Assembly: GCA_965230975.1 (NCBI GenBank)
Contig: OZ246402.1
Location: forward strand, 992,859-1,056,858
Direction of reading: 5' to 3'
Origin: an uncultured Candidatus Saccharibacteria bacterium
Lineage (GTDB): Bacteria; Patescibacteriota; Dojkabacteria; J137
Length of the DNA: 64,000 nucleotides
The translations under genes and the position numbers were made by a program. The notes under the pieces are model-generated. The model was given only the letters and a program-made list of their open reading frames with translations, had not been told where the DNA came from and ran no database searches. Positions 60,001 to 64,000 of the stretch are shown one piece after another; positions within the stretch are counted from its first letter, which is position 1; every line of letters begins with the position of its first letter.

Positions 60001-60099
60001 GAGCAGTTTATAATCACTTATAAGGTTCAAACTCAATCTACTCAATCTGCCGGAACATATTCTACATCTTTGGTGTATACTATAATTCCGCAATATTAG
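54007..60099 (+). CDS. Giant surface protein: 12 beta-rich repeats, LamG domain, Fn3-like module, WxL-like C-terminus
   Basis: GF.PDLV..K modules; LIGYWKMDE..WHHIAC..FNGKIDEVKIYN LamG; ends AGTYSTSLVYTIIPQY. Confidence 0.8.
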   Translation: MIIKRKILKKIITIVIVTILSLMAIFPADILLQQVKLALIDSDIVDTLYWANKDTGIIDSLLDGDLVQKVNAADPPPNGFYIKTGVFLGNAAPKTISGLGFSPDLVILKPDTTAGAGAIFKTKAMSILNVSYFVATAQTSAGAIQLEEDGFTASTTTSNNANIPTTWTAFGGSNCTSTGVFCTGTYIGSGTATKSISTGFQPDLVWVKRSTAVSGTFRTSSMGTNVGQYFTATAQDTTGVLFTTLDSGGFTVGSTNNTSTGIFYYVAFKNVSGAINVGSYTGNATDNRNITGVGFTPDLVITKNSATTVAPVFNVKGSNGDHTSHFTDTAKFVNGIQALQSDGFQIGTDATVNSNSVVYYYAAFGGAAGPSSGSGTFKMATGSYTGNGGVQVIQGLDFEPNLVIIKANSAQTGVFRTSDMSGDLTAVLDGAASNIANGIISLNPDGFTVGSTSRTNAASTTYYWEAFGNAWRQDTNSGASDFFIGTYYGNGLDNRTITFLPFQADLLVIKGNTTTAGVFRTSDMSGDLTGFFAATAETTNNIQAISSNSFEVGSGTSVNSNNVITYYFGFKNGSNFKVGTYSGNGTSQTISAVGFQPDYIWVKQTGATRGIMRSNLGATDSAFPFINATSFTGGITGIVSNGFTVGSATETNASGTNNYRYIAWKNNYTPQSKSYQMKTGYYIGNGAYKQISGLGFSPDLVIIKSDSSTTGALFKTKSMPNGSTSYFMATADSTAGLVTLKSDGFMVSSTATSTNIRYTWVAYSGSDCTSTGIFCTNTYIGSGSSPRAITVVGFQSDLIVVKQNSTTNAVWRSSSMPNNYVQYLSATVQDTTGSYISTIDSTGFTIGSGMNSTSVYYHFFTFKNVTGSINVGTYTGNGTDNRNITGVGFKPNFVFLKNAETTSEGVMNLDESYGDYSSYFIATANVANSIQALISDGFQIGTHATANTNLNVHYYAAFGDAEANSAGTGSFTMATGSYTGNSEYKIFMGLSFTPDLIIIKGNTTQTGVFRTSSMGGDSTAILDGATANIASAIISINKDGFTVGNSATVNSNGVTYYWTAYGNAWRPETNNGATDFYVGAYYANGSDNTDITRLPFQADLLTIKRNSTTAGVYKTSDMSGDLTGYFAATAETTNSIQAFNTDGFEIGTTANVNTATNTYWYFGFKNGNNFKVGTYSGTGSAQTISAIGFQPDHVWVKATGATRGILRTKEGVTDSALPFINVGAITGGITALASNGITLGTASETNSSGTNNYRYVAWKTPSVTFSSSGTQSTNLNVNSTNNYIGAAFTAVSTSSSINITRIILSETGTIAANTNLANVKLYYETTGTCTYNGTETQFGTTQSFGASQTATFDGTITVGTSQICIYPVLDVGSGASAGETIELEITSSSNINISTGIISGTFPVTLSGTTTLIATSNTAPNSPASLAQKKVDDSTISTGAWINQTSVKFTANVSDTDNPDTLYLCVEVLPISSPFTGTETACGSSVSYVGSALAASVTIGSLTDNEYKWQARVKDSLGAYSAWVHFSSLPSSLIGYWKMDETSWTTDCSTASVIDSTSNANNGKSCPGTTGPTTTASGKYDRAGDFDGSEDYVDTGSGVNITNLSFTISGWVKRDVTNVYEMVVSQGTSSTNQGLHFGFVPGNVVRCGFFGNDLDSTTLITDTTGWHHIACAYNASTNTRYIYIDGVLDITQSGVSADYSGTGNLIIGSWGWNIGTSEKFNGKIDEVKIYNVARDLSGIIADMNGYSGTDFGIDTTAPTGGTVYDGSSNGVDIMFNDGSLSTLSANWSGVNASNAGLSSYDYSIGTSAGGTDVVNWTSNGTSTSITVNSLNLQSSKMYFFNVRTNDAAGNSATISSNGQVVAPSLTFTLSSNSINFSNLNAGNSYSDTKTTTLTTSTNAYNGYVIRLFKTDSLRSATSPSITIPDFNGGTYAAPSAWGSNTGFGYTSNDTTIQGVNKFNPVTCAGGGSSPCYAPISSSAPGDIVADHTSNVTGSPITNEQFIITYKVQTQSTQSAGTYSTSLVYTIIPQY
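54240..57783 (+). repeat. Internal duplication of a six-module block (~1.8 kb x2)
   Basis: IKTG..NNYRYIAWK (approx. 54240-56002) and MKTG..NNYRYVAWK (approx. 56030-57783); modules correspond one-to-one. Confidence 0.85.
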
Positions 60100-60100
60100 T

Positions 60101-61135
60101 ATGAAAAAACTCTTTATTATAGTTTTGGTGCTTTTCAATTTAACTACTGTCTATGTAAGTGCGCAAAGTGTTGCAGGTCAAAACACGGTTTCATCTATGG
60201 GAATAAACCCTTCAATCCTTGAGGTTGTTTTAGATAAAAATAATGCAACAACACAAGTAATTACATTAAGTAACTTAACTAATTTACCAATTCCTATAAA
60301 AGTTACAAAACAAAGTTTTACACCGAAAGAAAAGCTTTCAATTCCCGAAGATGAATTACACATTTATGATGCATCTTCGTGGATCACTATAGACAACACA
60401 GATACTGACTTTATTTTACAACCACAAGAAATCAAAAATATTGAAATAACCATTAATCAGCCAGAGAACGCATCTCCCGGAGGGCATTATGCAACAATTA
60501 TATTTGAGCCTTTAATCCCAGAGGGGTTAATCTCTCAAAATTCAGTATATATATATGCGAGAGTAGCTGCCCTTATGTTTATGCAAGTTAGAGGAGCGAT
60601 AATTGAAGATGTATCTTTGGAAGGCATTTCTACCAACTTAATAAATGAACCAGGATTAGTTAATTTTAATCTAAATTTAAAAAACAATGGAAACAGTCAC
60701 ATTAGGCCTAAGTCGCAGATTGTTATTAATAATGTACTAACTCATGAAGAGGTTTTAAAAGCAAACTTTCAAGAGGGGATAGTGTTGCCAGGTACTGTCA
60801 GAACATTCCAGTCGCAATTTGAATCCAATACCTTGTTTGGGATCTATTCATATAAAACAACAATCAACTATGGTGCAGATAACTTGGTACTAGAAACTCC
60901 AACTCAATATTTTTTTGTTTTCCCCTACAAGCTAGCGTTTCTTTTAATATTTATAATCCTATTTCTTATTTATATAAAAACTTTTAGACGAAGAATATCT
61001 AAGGCTGTTAAGGTTTTATTCAAAGGAGATAGAGCATCAAAAATGGAACATCAGAAATTTTATAAAAATTCACCATATTTCAGTCACAAAACCCTTGACA
61101 AGAGCTCGGAAAATCGACAAAATAGTAAATTATAA
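60101..61135 (+). CDS. DUF916-like (WxL-interacting / chaperone-like) membrane-anchored protein
   Basis: INPSILE, SSWI, PENASPGGHYATIIF, NNGNSHIRP, VLPG; C-terminal TM plus basic tail. Confidence 0.7.
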   Translation: MKKLFIIVLVLFNLTTVYVSAQSVAGQNTVSSMGINPSILEVVLDKNNATTQVITLSNLTNLPIPIKVTKQSFTPKEKLSIPEDELHIYDASSWITIDNTDTDFILQPQEIKNIEITINQPENASPGGHYATIIFEPLIPEGLISQNSVYIYARVAALMFMQVRGAIIEDVSLEGISTNLINEPGLVNFNLNLKNNGNSHIRPKSQIVINNVLTHEEVLKANFQEGIVLPGTVRTFQSQFESNTLFGIYSYKTTINYGADNLVLETPTQYFFVFPYKLAFLLIFIILFLIYIKTFRRRISKAVKVLFKGDRASKMEHQKFYKNSPYFSHKTLDKSSENRQNSKL

Positions 61136-61159
61136 GTCGATATTTTTTATTTATATACA

Positions 61160-62212
61160 ATGTTAAAAAGATTTTGGGTTCTAGGTTTTGCAGTTGTAAT
61201 AATATTCTCTGCAATTATGCCAATGCAATTAAGTGCAGCATATTTAAGTACCGGTAGTGTTAGTTTATCAGATTCAAGAATTAGTCAATCTGCAAACTAT
61301 ACACTTACGTTTTCAAATGTAACCACTTCACCAATCAAATGTATTCAAGTTAAGTTTTCAGATGCTGCTACTGCAGGGTCTAAACCAACAGGAATGACTA
61401 TAACATCTGCAACATTTTCAGCAACATCCAACTATGTTCCAACACCAGCAAGTTGGTCTATCAATAACAACAACACTACAGGCGTTAGTCAAATAACATA
61501 TGCAACAGGCGAAACACCTGCAAGTGCATCTAGCAGAACAGTAGTTTTAAATACCATTACTAACGGCTCTACATCTTCTACTGGTTATTTCTTACAGTTT
61601 TCTACATATAACAATGTAGATTGCACAAGTAGTCCTGTAGACAGTGCTGTAATAATGTTTATATTTACAGATGGTCAAGTCGTAACAGCAACAGTTGATC
61701 CAACATTAACATTTACCATTGCAGGAGTTGCATCTGGACAATCAGTTAATGGAGCAACAACTAATATAACAACAACAAGCACAACAGTACCTTTTGGTAC
61801 AGTAACAGCAGCTACAAATAAAATTGCAGCTCACGACTTAGCAGTTGGGACAAATGCAGCTGGAGGTTATACAGTTACAGTTAGATACACCGGTACATTA
61901 GCTGCTGGTACTCCAACAATCTCAGATTTATCTGGTGCTACAAACGCATCTCCAATATCATTTACATCAGCTGGAACTGAAGCATTCGGATACACAACAA
62001 ATGATGCAACATTAGGTACAGGCACAGCAGCAAGGTTTACAACAGCTGGACCAAAATGGGCAGCATTTACAACATCACCTTTAGAGGTAGCTTACAGTGC
62101 AACACCAGTATCAGAAACTACTAGAGTAGGTTATCAAGTAGGTGTAGCTGCAACAACAGAAGCCGGTACTTATACAACAACTGTAGTTTATGTTGCAACT
62201 CCAACTTATTAA
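61160..62212 (+). CDS. Secreted WxL-like protein, putative major subunit
   Basis: Signal peptide; VDPTLTF, TNA..GY, FGYTTND, AGTYTTTVVYVATPTY shared with the giant protein C-terminus. Confidence 0.7.
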   Translation: MLKRFWVLGFAVVIIFSAIMPMQLSAAYLSTGSVSLSDSRISQSANYTLTFSNVTTSPIKCIQVKFSDAATAGSKPTGMTITSATFSATSNYVPTPASWSINNNNTTGVSQITYATGETPASASSRTVVLNTITNGSTSSTGYFLQFSTYNNVDCTSSPVDSAVIMFIFTDGQVVTATVDPTLTFTIAGVASGQSVNGATTNITTTSTTVPFGTVTAATNKIAAHDLAVGTNAAGGYTVTVRYTGTLAAGTPTISDLSGATNASPISFTSAGTEAFGYTTNDATLGTGTAARFTTAGPKWAAFTTSPLEVAYSATPVSETTRVGYQVGVAATTEAGTYTTTVVYVATPTY

Positions 62213-62233
62213 TGTTATAAATCGATATCTTTA

Positions 62234-62260
62234 ACGGAGTGCCCATATTGGGCATTTCGT
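62234..62260 (+). terminator. Intergenic hairpin (mRNA stabiliser or partial terminator)
   Basis: acggagtgccca-tat-tgggcatttcgt. Confidence 0.6.
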
Positions 62261-62275
62261 ATAGTAAAAAATACT

Positions 62276-63199
62276 ATGCGAAAAATTAAAATAATTACAG
62301 TAATACTTGCATTCTCAGCTTTTGTTTTTGTACTTAGTCAAAAGGTAGATGCTCAAACACCATTATCTAGCTTTGCAATTTCGCCCCCTTCTTTTGACTT
62401 TACAGCAAATCCTGGAGACAGTATTAAAAACTCTATCCGAGTAGAAAATCTTTCTGATATTCCATTAAATATTACTGCCAAACCAGAAAACTTTGTTGCA
62501 TATGGAGATAGTGGACAGGTTTCTTTAACAGAAGAAGATACTAGTTATGCTATAGATAAATGGATTAACTTGCCGGTAAATATAATAACAATAAACCCTA
62601 AAGAGTCCGCAACTTTTGAATTTAATGTAGATATTCCAAAAAACACAGAACCTGGTAGCCATTATGGTGCAATAGTATTTTCTACTTTATCTGCACAAAC
62701 CGCAGAGAGCACTGGGGCCTTTGTACAACAAGAAATTGGAGCCCTTATTTTAATAAAAATTCCAGGAGATGTAATAGAAGAGGCAAACTTAATAAGCTTT
62801 GATTCTAAAGAAGATCTTTACACAGACACAAGCTTAACATTAACAGCTTTAATTGAAAATAGCGGAACACTTCATTTTAAACCTGTTGGTAGAATTTATA
62901 TAAAAGATATTTTTGGTAATTTAATACAAACAGTAGAAGTTCAAAGCAAGAATATTCTTCCAAAAAACAAACGTCAATTTGAAGAGAACTTTTCTTTTGA
63001 TAGTATAGGTTACTATAAGGCAGAGCTAGAACTTTTTTATAAAAATGGAGAAAAGGTAATTAAAGCAGATACTTACTTCACATCATTAAATCTTTCAAAG
63101 TCTATTCCAATACTATTAATTATTGGTGCTTTTGGTACAATGTACCTAATATTCAGAAAAAGAATAAACAAAGCATTAATGATCATTATTAAGGGTTAA
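62276..63199 (+). CDS. DUF916-like membrane-anchored protein, paralog of 60101-61135
   Basis: ISPPSF, KWI, PKNTEPGSHYGAIVF, NSGTLHFKP, ILP; C-terminal TM followed by RKRINKA. Confidence 0.72.
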   Translation: MRKIKIITVILAFSAFVFVLSQKVDAQTPLSSFAISPPSFDFTANPGDSIKNSIRVENLSDIPLNITAKPENFVAYGDSGQVSLTEEDTSYAIDKWINLPVNIITINPKESATFEFNVDIPKNTEPGSHYGAIVFSTLSAQTAESTGAFVQQEIGALILIKIPGDVIEEANLISFDSKEDLYTDTSLTLTALIENSGTLHFKPVGRIYIKDIFGNLIQTVEVQSKNILPKNKRQFEENFSFDSIGYYKAELELFYKNGEKVIKADTYFTSLNLSKSIPILLIIGAFGTMYLIFRKRINKALMIIIKG

Positions 63200-64000
63200 T
63201 GAAATTCGTAAGATGTACGCTCACAATTTTAGTTATCTTTTTTATATCTGTATTTTTAACTTCTAAAGTTAATTCTCAATCAGTAACTTTTAGCGTAGGG
63301 GTAGAAGATTCTTCAATTGAATTCTTGGGTTATACCTCTCCAAATGGTTTTATAACTTTTAAAGAAGGGGGCTCTGTAATCGGAACAACTACAGCAGATT
63401 CAGTAGGCTATTACTATAAAAACTTTACGGCAGTACTAGTCGGAATACACACTATAGAGATATACTCTACAGATGTAAATGGAGTAAATACACCCCAATT
63501 TTCGTATGAAATAGTTGTTCTACCTACTCAAATTACATCAATCAGCTTTGATTTTCCTCCAACTTTACAGTTAAATAAAAATACATATACTAATGAAGAT
63601 GTATTAGTTAAGGGATTAGCCAAACCCAACTCAAACATTTCAATTAAACTTGATGGAAGTGGAATTCAAGAATTTAATACCATTTCAAACAACTCTGGTG
63701 AAATAAGTTTTATAATATTAAAGCAATTTTTGCCAACTGGGGATTTTATTGTTAATGCGTATTTAACTGATTCGATTGATCAAAGTTATAGTAACACATT
63801 AAATTTTCAATATAACCCAGGATTTGTACCTATTATCAACAATATACCAGAGGGGCCTATTAAGGATATAAGCGAACAAATATCTGGCTTGCTTCAAGAG
63901 TATTTTTGGGCACCATTAGGCTCTTTGTTAAATAATGGGGGTAGAGTACAGGGTGAAGTAATAGAAACAACTACGCTAGATAATTATTTGCAAAATACAT
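63199..64000 (+). CDS. Exported Ig-like protein, partial (runs off the window); absent from the supplied ORF track
   Basis: ATG overlaps the previous TAA; MKFVRCTLTILVIFFISVFL..FLGYTSPNG..GTTTADSVG..GLAKPNS, open to 64000. Confidence 0.75.
   Translation, partial: MKFVRCTLTILVIFFISVFLTSKVNSQSVTFSVGVEDSSIEFLGYTSPNGFITFKEGGSVIGTTTADSVGYYYKNFTAVLVGIHTIEIYSTDVNGVNTPQFSYEIVVLPTQITSISFDFPPTLQLNKNTYTNEDVLVKGLAKPNSNISIKLDGSGIQEFNTISNNSGEISFIILKQFLPTGDFIVNAYLTDSIDQSYSNTLNFQYNPGFVPIINNIPEGPIKDISEQISGLLQEYFWAPLGSLLNNGGRVQGEVIETTTLDNYLQNT

Noticed and set aside
3032-60363. Short ORFs nested in or antisense to long genes (e.g. 3032, 8493, 11130, 13366, 17424, 28775, 32529, 53371, 57188-60363)
   Set aside because: Shadow frames of well-supported genes with no independent motifs.

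Overview
AT-rich, densely coding chromosomal segment of a small-genome bacterium. Gene content (TrbC/VirB2-type pilin, VirB6-like protein, ATP-dependent ligase, short AlaS, many orphans) suggests Patescibacteria/CPR, possibly Dojkabacteria or Microgenomates; this is an inference. Core content: ung, nrdR-nrdJ with two NrdR boxes over a sigma70 promoter, uvrC, an ATP-dependent ligase, a pduO/P-type ATPase/dedA/DUF368 run, a T-box(Ala)-pepE-alaS unit, an N-terminal-only uvrB, nth and tRNA-Val(TAC). Most notable: (1) an unannotated ~60-nt cloverleaf RNA with its own promoter and palindromic terminator, convergent on a DUF3800 RNase-H-fold gene; (2) a WxL/Csc-like, usher-less surface-fibre operon with a 2030-aa 12-repeat adhesin, a putative major subunit and two DUF916-like proteins; (3) UvrB ending at its domain boundary; (4) a block of orphan kinase-, pseudokinase- and papain-like proteins that could be effectors. 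No CRISPR array, integrase or transposase was seen. All family calls come from motif recognition by eye; no searches were run.
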